A stretch of 34,548 bases of DNA, taken from positions 1 through 34,548 of the forward strand of contig CAYZYO010000002.1 in assembly GCA_964482585.1 (NCBI GenBank), in the 5' to 3' direction. The stretch is from an uncultured Syntrophomonadaceae bacterium. GTDB lineage: Bacteria; Bacillota; Syntrophomonadia; Syntrophomonadales; Syntrophomonadaceae. Both the position numbers and the translations under genes were made by a program. This document shows, one piece after another, positions 1 to 9,060 of this stretch. Below the pieces are notes generated by a model. The model was not told the origin of the DNA. It saw only the letters and a list, made by a program, of their open reading frames with translations, and ran no database searches. How positions within the stretch are numbered: position 1 is the stretch's first letter; the number at the start of each line of letters is the position of its first letter.

Positions 1-3000
1 CTGTTCCCAGAGCTGGCGGTAGAGCTTAACCTGGGGAGCGTAGTAATCGGTGAGTTCCCTTAAGTGTTCTTCATCTTCTATATAATCGGTTTTGTAATCG
101 GCTATGACCCAGCCTGAAGGTTCCTGGAAAATAAGGTCAATTATACCGGTTACAAATGATTCCGGCTGATCTGAATTTTCATCTTTTGGCAAAAAACCTG
201 CCAGGGGGACTTCACTCATCTTTAAGGAGCTGTTCATTACCCTTTTCCAGAATCTGGTTTCCTGGATTTCCTGCAGGAGGGATAAGATTTCCCCTGCTTC
301 GGCAGGATCTCTTCCTTCCTGCTCTAATATCCGGGTTATAGTGGTTTCAGGGTTCACCGGCTCCTGCCGGACGCAGGTTTCCAGGAGGCGGTGGATAACA
401 TTGCCCCAGGATACCCCTTTGCCGCCAGCTGTTCGTCTGGGCTCTGAAACCATATTTTTAAATGAGGTAACCGGTTTAATGGTATAGCTGGGTATATGTT
501 CAGCACTACCTGGAAAAGGGAATTTGTCCCGGTCCTGTCTGAGTTCATCTTCTGGTAAATCAATCTCTTTTAGAACTTTCAATGCAGGTATTTCATCCAG
601 GTTAGTTCCATTTAAGAAGGTACATGCCGGTAAATTAGGAATCAACAGACTCCAGGGGTTTTTTCCCGGTTTTTGGGGATAGGTGCTTATTAACAGCAGG
701 TTTTTGGCCCGGGTAGCGGCAACATATAACAGGCGCAGTTCTTCTGCTTCATTATATTCTTTCTCTGCTTCTTCATACTCCTCCCACTTTTGTGGACGAG
801 CCAGGATTTCTGAACCATAGCTTCCTTTAGGCCGGGTAAGCTGCAGGTAGCCCCGGGGTACATCCGTTTTACGGTCAATATGAAACCTGATTCTGCCATT
901 CACAATCTTTGCCGGATTAGCCAGGATCACTACCGGGGCTTCCAAACCTTTGGCTTTGTGCAGATTCATCAAACGCACTGCTTTCTCGTTTCCGCCATGA
1001 AGGCTGATTTCTTCTTCCACCCCCATATCCAGGAGTTTTTGCAGAAATTCTATTAAAGCTGCCAGTGAGTTTATACCTTCTTTTTCCAGCAGTTCAAGAA
1101 ACTGTACCACAAAAGCAGCAGCAGCCTTATTGGACTGTTTCAGCATTGAAGCCGGTATTAAGCCATTGTCGATTATAACCTTTTCAACTGCGGTTCGGGG
1201 TGGGAGATTGTTAAACCATTTGCGATAACACCGCAAACGGTTGAAGGATTCCTCCAAGCGTGACTTTATCCCTGGCTGAAGTTCCTCCGGCACTGCTTTT
1301 TGAAAATGAAAAACTCCCCCGGCTTTTTTAAACTGGTACAGGTCATTGTCACTGATCCCGAAGTAAAAGCCTCTTAAAGCAGCCAGTAATTTTACCGGGT
1401 CGGTAGGATCCTGTAGGGCTTGCAGTATTAATAAAAGGTCTTTTAGTTCCTGTGAGGAAGATAAGCCCTGTCCCCCGGTAATAAGGTAGGGGATTCCTTT
1501 CTCCTCCAATGCAGCGGCGTAGGTATCCATATCTTCTTTATAGCGCAGCAGGATCATGAAATCATCTGGCCGAACGGGTCCGGTGTTTCCGGATTCAATT
1601 TCTTCCCGGGTGCGTGCTAGTTTTTTCCCCTTTTTAATGGCCCGGGCTATCCAGGCGGCAATAATACGGGCATCCTGTCTAACTATATCAGTTTTATTAT
1701 GCCGGCCTTCGAGGCTTATTTGCAGAACCCGGACCCCTCCATCACAGCCTTTTTCATTCTCCCGGATCATTTCCAGTCCCTTAAAACCAGCCTGGCAGGT
1801 AGTAGTTTCCGGGGGGAAATGTTCTTGAAACAGGGGGTTAGCCCATTCTCCTATAGATTGCAGGGATCTAAAATTGCTGGTCAGATAGAGTATCCTGCCA
1901 CCGGTAACTTCAAAACGCTGTTTTACCTCATAATATATGTCTATTTCTGCCCGGCGAAAACGGTAAATTGACTGTTTAGGATCTCCCACCACAAAAAGGC
2001 TGCCTTTCCTGGGAGTTATTTTTCTCCAGTCTTTTTCCTTGTTTTCTTTACCGGCCAGGTAGAACATTATCTGCGCCTGTATGGGATCAGTGTCCTGGAA
2101 TTCATCGATCAGGATACACCGGTAGCGATCCTGAAAATACCGGCGCACTTCGGGGTTATCTCGTAAAAGCGCGGCGGTTTTCATCAACAGGTCCTGGAAG
2201 TTTACGACACCCAGGGTTTTTCTCCAGACTTCATAATAACCGGCACCTTCTAATAGGTAATCTAAACATATATCATAGCGGTAGTTCCACCACTCTTCTA
2301 AGGCCGGCTCTATGTAGTTTATCTTGAACCACTCAAAGCGGTCCCGCATATATTTGGCTGTATCCCTGTCTATCCAGCGGTTTAAGATGACTGAGCCTTT
2401 GCGGTTCATGATGGTAAACAACCGCAGGAGGTTGATATTTTTATTAAGATCGTGGATTCGCTGCCAGCGCAGAGCACTCCCCAGTATTCTCTGCAGATTA
2501 TCCCAGCCTTTTTGAGGTTCCCGCTCGGGCATGGCCGATTGGGCAGAAGATAGGAGCTCGTATAATTCCAGACGGGCTGTTGTGAGTTCAGGAGGCGGAC
2601 AGTTACCCTGGCGGGCAAATTCTACATCAGGATAGGTACATATGACATCAAACATTGATCTTAAATCAGCTAAGGTAATATCAACATCATGCAGCCTTTT
2701 GAGTTTTTCCGGTTCCAGGTTTAAGTGATGTACATAGTCATGCCAGGCCTGTTCTCTCATTGCTCTGTCTTCAGAATCATCTATTTCCCTGAAATCAGGA
2801 GCGATTCCCGCCTCAACCGGTCTTTCCCGCAGTAATAATCCGCAGAAGGAATGTATGGTGCCGATAAAACAGCGATTAATGTCTATTAAGGCCTCTTCCC
2901 ATCTCTTTTTGGTCTCCGGCTCGGCTTTACTGGCAAGAGCCCTTTCCAGGGCAACCTGGAATCTCTCCTGCAGTTCGGCTGCAGCTTTACGGGTAAAGGT

Positions 3001-3171
3001 TACTGCAGCAATGTTCTCAATTTTGCAGTAACCCCTGCCTATGAGTACCAGCATACGCTGCACCAGGCTGCTGGTTTTGCCGGACCCGGCTCCAGCTTCC
3101 ACCAGAAGGCAGGAGCTCAGTTTTTCAGTTATTGCCTGACGGGCTTCCTGATCTGCTATCACCTTATTCAA
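1..3171 (-). CDS. addA: AddA-type helicase-nuclease (UvrD/PcrA-like SF1 helicase with C-terminal PD-(D/E)XK RecB-family nuclease); the 3' end runs off the left window edge
   Basis: The minus-strand frame is open across 1-3171. It is absent from the ORF track only because it has no in-window stop. My translation gives Walker A LLVEAGAGSGKT (about 3070-3105), motif II ILIDEFQDTD (about 2080-2110), motif VI LLYVAATRAKNLLL (about 695-740) and nuclease motif GIIDLIF...VIADYKTD (about 75-145). The start is TTG at 3171 (GGAG 10 nt upstream) or GTG at 3162, overlapping the addB stop. Confidence 0.85.
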   Translation of the reverse strand, partial: MNKVIADQEARQAITEKLSSCLLVEAGAGSGKTSSLVQRMLVLIGRGYCKIENIAAVTFTRKAAAELQERFQVALERALASKAEPETKKRWEEALIDINRCFIGTIHSFCGLLLRERPVEAGIAPDFREIDDSEDRAMREQAWHDYVHHLNLEPEKLKRLHDVDITLADLRSMFDVICTYPDVEFARQGNCPPPELTTARLELYELLSSAQSAMPEREPQKGWDNLQRILGSALRWQRIHDLNKNINLLRLFTIMNRKGSVILNRWIDRDTAKYMRDRFEWFKINYIEPALEEWWNYRYDICLDYLLEGAGYYEVWRKTLGVVNFQDLLMKTAALLRDNPEVRRYFQDRYRCILIDEFQDTDPIQAQIMFYLAGKENKEKDWRKITPRKGSLFVVGDPKQSIYRFRRAEIDIYYEVKQRFEVTGGRILYLTSNFRSLQSIGEWANPLFQEHFPPETTTCQAGFKGLEMIRENEKGCDGGVRVLQISLEGRHNKTDIVRQDARIIAAWIARAIKKGKKLARTREEIESGNTGPVRPDDFMILLRYKEDMDTYAAALEEKGIPYLITGGQGLSSSQELKDLLLILQALQDPTDPVKLLAALRGFYFGISDNDLYQFKKAGGVFHFQKAVPEELQPGIKSRLEESFNRLRCYRKWFNNLPPRTAVEKVIIDNGLIPASMLKQSNKAAAAFVVQFLELLEKEGINSLAALIEFLQKLLDMGVEEEISLHGGNEKAVRLMNLHKAKGLEAPVVILANPAKIVNGRIRFHIDRKTDVPRGYLQLTRPKGSYGSEILARPQKWEEYEEAEKEYNEAEELRLLYVAATRAKNLLLISTYPQKPGKNPWSLLIPNLPACTFLNGTNLDEIPALKVLKEIDLPEDELRQDRDKFPFPGSAEHIPSYTIKPVTSFKNMVSEPRRTAGGKGVSWGNVIHRLLETCVRQEPVNPETTITRILEQEGRDPAEAGEILSLLQEIQETRFWKRVMNSSLKMSEVPLAGFLPKDENSDQPESFVTGIIDLIFQEPSGWVIADYKTDYIEDEEHLRELTDYYAPQVKLYRQLWEQ

Positions 3172-6100
3172 GTGAAATCAGCTCCTTTCTTTTCTCAAGC
3201 CCGGTTAAATTATCATCCTCAATTAAACCGGCTACTTTGCGGGTTGCCAGCTGGTAACCACAAACCTGCTGGTATTCACAGAAGGTACAGTCCCCGGTGC
3301 TGTCTGCAGCCAAAAACTGGCCTTCCGCCATCAGATCACAGAGCAGGGTGATAACCCGGAAGAGTTCATCGGGCTTTCTTCTTTTCCGGTAAAAACGCTG
3401 GCCCTCCCCTTTATCTGAAGGAAAATAGTAACCGGAAATGCTTACTACCGGGTTTTGTATTCCCTGCCTCTTTAATATCTGTTCTGCCGCCAGGGTATAC
3501 AAGGCGTGCTGGATCTGCTTACCCTGTACCAGGTAGCCTTTTTCAGAATAGCCGTAGGTACTGCCGGTCTTGTAATCCCACACTGCATAGCAGTTATCCT
3601 GCAGGTGGTCTATGCGGTCAATTATACCTTTTATTTGCAGTTTATGACCCTTTGACAGGGCTATTGTCAAGGGCTCAGGACATCCCCCTACGGCCTGGTT
3701 TACTGCGTCCTGCCCCAATCCAAAAGAAGCCTCCAGGCATACCGGAATGTGTTGGTTTTCTTCTTCACATTTCAGGAAAATTCCACAGCATAACAGAATC
3801 TGCTCTACCTCATACCGGTAAACTGCTTCTGAAGGAGGAGTTATAATAGTCCGGTATTCCTTAATAAGGTTAAAAGCAATCTTCTCCATTAAATCCCGGT
3901 GAAACTTATAAGATACCTTCTCCCGGCTTAAGATTATATAGGACATGAATTCCTGGTATATTCGATGCAGCAGAGAACCCCGCTGCATGGGATCAAGCCA
4001 TTGATGCTGGTCGGGAATGTTTTCTTCCGGAGGTTTTGCTCCCAGTACCTGGGACACGAAATATTTAAAAGGACATTTAGCCATCATTTCCAGCCGGCTG
4101 CAGGATACAGTTATCGTTTTATTAACCCGGGGATCTAATTCCCCGGGCAGCACCTTGATCTGGCCGTCATATCCGGTGATGACAGCCTCATACCGGGCTT
4201 GATAGGCCTTTATTCCTCTTTGTATCCCGGGGAAATATCTCCCTAATACTTCCTCCAGGTTCTTGGTCCGGCAGTGCAGGATTTGGGTCAGCCACCACTC
4301 GAGCTCATCCAGGCAAATTTTGCTTTCAGCCGGGCTGTATCCTACAGCCTGTCCTAATTCCTTTGCCAGATCAGTATAATCTAATCCAGGATCTTCCTTT
4401 TTAAGACGCAGTACCCGCAAAAGCATTGAGGAAGGATAATTTTTTCTTCCCTCAGTAGGATCATATGAGGAATAGCTTAAACAAGTCCTTCCTGGTCGTG
4501 AACTCAGGGCTGCCCCCATTAAGAGTTCCTTCCGCCGGGGTTTTTCTTCCTGCTTTTTTAGCAGATCCGATATTTCAACTCGTTCCTTATCCAGCAGTAT
4601 AGGATCCTGCCCGGTTCGACCGGGGAAAGAGTGGCTGTCTAAACCAGCTATGAAGGTATAGTACCGGTTTGTATACATTAAACGTTCATAACCGAGCAGG
4701 TGCAGGGCACCCGGCCTGGAAACAGATGTTCCTACCCGCAAATTATTCAGGATATCGAGAAGCTTATTCCAGGCCTTTTCCAGGGTATAGGTCCTGTTGG
4801 CAAGAGATTTTATATCACTAAAAACGTTTTCTATGGTCTGCAGTGCCTGAGCATCTTCATCATTTCTTATTGCCGCCATAGTCCCTACTGCTTCCAAGAG
4901 AGCGCTAACCAGCTGGGAAAAGTTAATTTCTCCATTGTTGTCAGCCACCGGAAAATTGTTCATGAGTCTATGGAAATATTTATGGGCTTCTTTATAAACG
5001 GCCTGTTTATAAATGATAGTTTGCCGCCGGGGATTATCGGGAGATAGCTCAGCGGCTTCTTCCTGGTAACGGCAGGCTTCCTGCTGCAAACGGTTGTATT
5101 GCTCTCTTCCTTTACCAACTGCTGTCCGCCGCAGCAGGTTTAGAACCTCCTGGGGGTATAGTCTTATTTCCGTATTTTGGGAGGTTTTAATACACCCTTC
5201 AAGCAAAAGGGGCTTTAGGGCCTTAAGGGAATAGTCATCAAAAAACCAGTGTAAAAGCATGATAGCTGCTTTTCCAGGATTAGTTGTATTTAAAGGAAAG
5301 CCTTCGGCTGCCGTAATGCTAAATCCTAACTCCGCTGCTAGATGCCTGAAAACACTTATATATTCCGGGCTAAGATAGGCTACAACCACCTGATCAAAAG
5401 GAATGTCCCGACTGTAGATCCGTCGAATCACTTCCCGGGCTTCATTGTAAATACCATAAGCATGAAAAAGCTCCAGGCCGTGACCGGGAACGAAAGACAA
5501 CAGATAGGGTGATTTAAACAGGCTTTCACTTTCTTCTCCAGCGGGAAGGTATTGACTGCTGCAGTCCTGCAGCTGCTTGGATTCGTATCCGCTGCCGGCT
5601 GGATTTAATCTGTTATACAACACCGGCGGCAGAATTTCTGCGGCTAAAGCTTCCACTATTCGTTTCTCCAGGGAATTTAAATCCCAGAATCCCGGAATGA
5701 TAAACAGCCTGTTATCAAGGAAATTATGATTATCAGTGACCCAAGAAATAAAGTGCTTTAATAATGCCGCCTGGTCTATATAATTCCGGTTTTTTAGCAT
5801 GGTTTGATACTGTTTTAGTATAAGCTTTAGATCATTACCTTTTTCTTTATTTACAAAGGCAGAGGTATCAAGATCAGTGTCATTTATGCCACCCTGCCGC
5901 AGTTCTGCAATAGATCTGGCTATCGCAGGAATAAGTCCCGGGGTTTCTCCTGCCTGGAAAAAGTAACCCAGCCGCTCTTCCTTTACTAGATTTAAGATAA
6001 TTTCTTCAATTAGCAACAGTTCCTGGTGACCACTAATCGGGGTGAGCTTTTTTTTATACAGTGTATCTTCAAGCTGTTTATGGGCTAAACCGGCAAAGGT

Positions 6101-6319
6101 TTCCGTTTGCAGGTTCAGATAACCTCCGTCGGTCTGGACCAGGGCCTGGCACAGCTCCAGGCCATCGGTATAGGTCCGGGCAATAATAATTTTCTCCTCT
6201 AGCAGGTTTTTTTTGCATAGTTCAGATAGGGCCTTTAGCATAAGATTCATGGTTTTCCCTCCCCCTGGTAAGAACAGGTTATATGCCCTAGCAGCCTTGA
6301 ACATTAAAATAAAAGACAT
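3164..6319 (-). CDS. addB: AddB-type nuclease subunit (PD-(D/E)XK nuclease with iron-staple cysteines), lacking an intact Walker A
   Basis: The track ORF is 1051 aa. The C-terminal nuclease motif (IIDRIDHL ... AVWDYKTG) is bracketed by AKCPFKYF and GDCTFCEYQQVCG (C...CxxCx5C), the AddB Fe-S arrangement. It lies directly upstream of and overlaps addA, the usual addB-addA order. The best SD plus ATG is at 6250 (GGGGGAGGGAAAACC-ATG), so the true N-terminus may be MNLMLKAL. Confidence 0.8.
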   Translation of the reverse strand: MSFILMFKAARAYNLFLPGGGKTMNLMLKALSELCKKNLLEEKIIIARTYTDGLELCQALVQTDGGYLNLQTETFAGLAHKQLEDTLYKKKLTPISGHQELLLIEEIILNLVKEERLGYFFQAGETPGLIPAIARSIAELRQGGINDTDLDTSAFVNKEKGNDLKLILKQYQTMLKNRNYIDQAALLKHFISWVTDNHNFLDNRLFIIPGFWDLNSLEKRIVEALAAEILPPVLYNRLNPAGSGYESKQLQDCSSQYLPAGEESESLFKSPYLLSFVPGHGLELFHAYGIYNEAREVIRRIYSRDIPFDQVVVAYLSPEYISVFRHLAAELGFSITAAEGFPLNTTNPGKAAIMLLHWFFDDYSLKALKPLLLEGCIKTSQNTEIRLYPQEVLNLLRRTAVGKGREQYNRLQQEACRYQEEAAELSPDNPRRQTIIYKQAVYKEAHKYFHRLMNNFPVADNNGEINFSQLVSALLEAVGTMAAIRNDEDAQALQTIENVFSDIKSLANRTYTLEKAWNKLLDILNNLRVGTSVSRPGALHLLGYERLMYTNRYYTFIAGLDSHSFPGRTGQDPILLDKERVEISDLLKKQEEKPRRKELLMGAALSSRPGRTCLSYSSYDPTEGRKNYPSSMLLRVLRLKKEDPGLDYTDLAKELGQAVGYSPAESKICLDELEWWLTQILHCRTKNLEEVLGRYFPGIQRGIKAYQARYEAVITGYDGQIKVLPGELDPRVNKTITVSCSRLEMMAKCPFKYFVSQVLGAKPPEENIPDQHQWLDPMQRGSLLHRIYQEFMSYIILSREKVSYKFHRDLMEKIAFNLIKEYRTIITPPSEAVYRYEVEQILLCCGIFLKCEEENQHIPVCLEASFGLGQDAVNQAVGGCPEPLTIALSKGHKLQIKGIIDRIDHLQDNCYAVWDYKTGSTYGYSEKGYLVQGKQIQHALYTLAAEQILKRQGIQNPVVSISGYYFPSDKGEGQRFYRKRRKPDELFRVITLLCDLMAEGQFLAADSTGDCTFCEYQQVCGYQLATRKVAGLIEDDNLTGLEKRKELISLE

Positions 6320-6489
6320 AAGATACCGGTTAGACAGGAATTAACAATTGCAAACTGCATACAGGCAAATGATAAGGCTGCCCCCGTTGATTACCGGTGA
6401 TTACTGCTGAGAATTTAGTAAGAAGTATATCTAATTAAGTCTATTATAACAACTTTTCTTCTTCCTATATTCGCTAATAAAATTCGTCT

Positions 6490-7246
6490 ATGCGAAAATT
6501 ACCTTCCAAAGGAGCCCTACTGGATTAGTTCCACAGATGATTTAAAGTATCCGGTGCTTGATCAGGATTTAGAGGTTGATGTGGCTATTATCGGCGGTGG
6601 TATAGTTGGCATTACCAGTGCCTATTTCTTAACCTCTGCCGGCTATAAGGTTGCAGTCATCGAGGCAGATAAGATTCTTCAGGGAACTACGGGACACACT
6701 TCTGCTAAAATAACCTCCCAGCATGGGCTTATTTATACCAAAATTAAGCAGCAGATGGGTGAAGAGCTGGCCCAACAATATGCCCAGGCTAATGAGTGTG
6801 CCATTGAGAAGATTTATAAAACCATTGAAGAAAACCAAATTCAATGTGATTTCAGCTGGCGACCCGCTTACGTGTTTACCCGGTCAGAACATTATATCAA
6901 ACAGCTGGAAGATGAAACAAGTATCGCATCCAGTTTAGGCATTAAAGCCAGCTGCATTGAAGATATTTCTCTGCCCTTTCCAGTTAAATTGGCCATGCGT
7001 TTTGACGGGCAAGCACAGTTTCATCCCTTAAAATATCTAAAAGCTCTGGCCCAGAAAATTAACGATGCTAGGGGCATGATATTCGAGCACAGTGAAGCGG
7101 TCGACATTGCAGAAAAAACCTGGGATTGCCCCTGCCATGGTTCTAGATTTTCTTATAAAGATGAAGTTATAGAGGGACCGGCTATTAACAACCTCCATCA
7201 TGCTGAAGAAGAAGCTAATATTGTAGAAGCAAAAGTGTTTAAATAA
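6490..7246 (+). pseudogene. Decayed YhfW-like FAD-dependent oxidoreductase with a Rieske C-terminal remnant (large internal deletion, likely 5' frameshift)
   Basis: The track ORF 6554..7246 (GTG start) has an FAD Rossmann motif (VDVAIIGGGIVGITSAYFL, GTTGHTSAKITSQH). About 190 aa later it runs directly into the second Rieske motif WDCPCHGSRF, with no first CxH motif. Homologous-looking sequence (ENYLPKEPYWISSTDDLKYPVL) continues upstream in frame without a start codon. The only ATG (6490) is one base out of frame and stops after 12 codons. Confidence 0.6.
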
Positions 7247-7410
7247 AAACTGGATTTGTAACAACAAAAATAAACAGCTTGAAAACAGTCAGTACTCTGT
7301 GGGGACTTGTTTTGCCAGAATATAATAAGATGGAAGTGACCATCTGTAGTATTCCCGGTACATGATTATGACACGGTTAACAGGAAAGAGTACCGTCAAT
7401 TAAGATTCTG

Positions 7411-8004
7411 CTACCTGGATTTAGGATTTCTATTACTCCTTAATGGCAGGCGGTTTTTATAATGCCGGATCCCCCATACCGAAAAAACACATACACCCAG
7501 GATAATTACAATAGTCGTGCTTATATTCTGGGTCTTTATAAGGTAATCCCCCAGCAACACATATAACAAAGCCCACGGGAGCTTGCCCAGGGCTGAGGAT
7601 AGGGTAAAAATTCTAAAGGAAACCCCACTCAGCCCAGAGCCTATATTTATTATAGGGGTAGGTACTACAGGAAAAATACGGGAGATTAAAAGTACTCTAA
7701 AAATATGCTTTTCATCAATATTCCTCAGATCATACTGGTATTTGCTATTGATCTTGCTGATAAAAAATTTACTCCCGGGCTTTGATATCCCGTATAAGAA
7801 AACTGCTCCTATTAAAGCTCCACTCCAGGCCAAGAAAAAACCTAATGCCGGCTCATAGATCATTCCGGCTGCACCTGCCAGTATTATATACGGTATTACC
7901 GGAACCACAGCCTGGATAAAAAATAATAAAAAGGCAATGACTGGACCGTATAACCCAAAACTTTGAATATATGAGACCGTTGATTGTATACTGGTAAAGT
8001 CTAT
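7411..8004 (-). CDS. TVP38/TMEM64 (DedA/SNARE-associated, VTT domain) family membrane protein
   Basis: The track ORF 7411..7908 begins at a GTG in the middle of a hydrophobic helix. The same frame stays open and family-like upstream (LNIDFTSIQSTVSYIQSFGLYGPVIAFLLFFIQAVV) to 8004, with no ATG/GTG/TTG. The 5' end is therefore uncertain: 7908 is the canonical start, and ATA at 8004 is possible. Confidence 0.7.
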   Translation of the reverse strand: MDFTSIQSTVSYIQSFGLYGPVIAFLLFFIQAVVPVIPYIILAGAAGMIYEPALGFFLAWSGALIGAVFLYGISKPGSKFFISKINSKYQYDLRNIDEKHIFRVLLISRIFPVVPTPIINIGSGLSGVSFRIFTLSSALGKLPWALLYVLLGDYLIKTQNISTTIVIILGVCVFSVWGIRHYKNRLPLRSNRNPKSR

Positions 8005-8006
8005 GT

Positions 8007-8825
8007 TTAATCCACTCCTCCATCTACAACAAACCTATCTGCCAACCATCTAATAGTTATATCTTCCCTTTCTACGGTTTTGTTAGTAAACCGGTGAGCG
8101 GCCTTTTCTACGAGATAAATACTTGAATTCTGCGTATAATTCTTTATTTCTTCAGCATTTGAATAATCGACAACTTCATCTTCAAGCCCATGGATAACTA
8201 ATACCGGTCTATTTCCCAGGGCTGAAAGGTATTTAATCATATTATGTTCATCAAAGTCTCTGATAATATCCGGTTTTATTGTGTACTCTCCAACTTCATC
8301 AATTAGGTTTATTGTTTTCCCTTTTAGCAGCTGCTCATAATCTTCATCTAACATCCTGGCAAAGGTTTCCTGCATTTTTACTGGAGTAGACCAAAAAATA
8401 TATCCGGCAATACGCTTATCAGCAGCACCTCCGGCAAGAACTGTACTCCCTCCGAAGCTCCTGCCAAGCAGTATAATCGGTTTATTATATTTTTTATACA
8501 TATAATCAATTACCTGGCAAAGATCTTTCGCCTGGCCGGAAAGGGTAATATCATCAAAAGAGCCATCACTTTCACCACTGCCGGAAAAATCAAAAGCAGC
8601 TACACCAAATCCCAGTTGATTAAGGCGACCGGCAAAAGAATATATTTTACCACTATTTTCTTTGGTACCCCTGAAACCATGACAGACAATCAAGATATAT
8701 TTATAAGCATCCTGGGGTCTAAAATAGTAGGTTTTAAGCTTTTGCTTATCCGGTTTAATAATGTCTATAATTTCCACTGGAGCCTCCTTATATCTACATA
8801 GGTTTTTTAGGCTTTCTTTTCTCAT
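8007..8825 (-). CDS. Alpha/beta-fold hydrolase (serine hydrolase, S33/S9-like)
   Basis: 272 aa. It has an HGFRG oxyanion-type motif, a GRSFGGS nucleophile elbow (GxSxG), a late HGLEDEVV motif and a C-terminal His region. Confidence 0.8.
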   Translation of the reverse strand: MRKESLKNLCRYKEAPVEIIDIIKPDKQKLKTYYFRPQDAYKYILIVCHGFRGTKENSGKIYSFAGRLNQLGFGVAAFDFSGSGESDGSFDDITLSGQAKDLCQVIDYMYKKYNKPIILLGRSFGGSTVLAGGAADKRIAGYIFWSTPVKMQETFARMLDEDYEQLLKGKTINLIDEVGEYTIKPDIIRDFDEHNMIKYLSALGNRPVLVIHGLEDEVVDYSNAEEIKNYTQNSSIYLVEKAAHRFTNKTVEREDITIRWLADRFVVDGGVD

Positions 8826-8991
8826 CTGATTCGTTGCGAACCCGGTTGCTGCATAAATCGCAAATAAAAGTAGGTGCTTTATCCTGTTTTTCTTTGATCT
8901 TTTTGTAGTCCTGATGGTCTTCAGTTACATCATAGGTTTTCCCACACAAAAGACACCTTGCTGAAATATATTTCAATTTTAACCCTCCCAT
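8794..8991 (-). CDS. YlaI-like small zinc-ribbon protein (DUF2197)
   Basis: It has two CxxC pairs (CLLCGK ... CDLCSN) with spacing and basic tail like B. subtilis YlaI. TTG at 8976 is preceded by GGGAGGG at 6 nt, so it is a more likely start than ATG at 8991. The gene overlaps the hydrolase start by 32 nt. Confidence 0.6.
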   Translation of the reverse strand: MGGLKLKYISARCLLCGKTYDVTEDHQDYKKIKEKQDKAPTFICDLCSNRVRNESDEKRKPKKPM

Positions 8992-9060
8992 TATTTTGTA
9001 TCATAAAATATACTAAGAAACTTTCTTAAACTCTCCCATAAAAACTATGGTTTTTCCTGT

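Noticed and set aside
1556-5047. Long + strand ORFs inside addA/addB (1556..1828, 1699..1971, 2324..2515, 3652..3846, 4017..4202, 4700..5047)
   Set aside because: They are antisense shadows of well-supported minus-strand genes in a higher-GC segment. They have no SD, low-complexity or odd composition, and no recognisable motifs.
8794-8825. The 32-nt overlap (ylaI-like/hydrolase) and the 35-nt overlap at 25485-25519 (deacetylase/carboxypeptidase) as possible programmed frameshift or fusion sites
   Set aside because: There are no slippery heptamers or downstream structures. Alternative downstream starts (for example ATG 25501) reduce the overlap, and overlaps of this size are common in compact operons.
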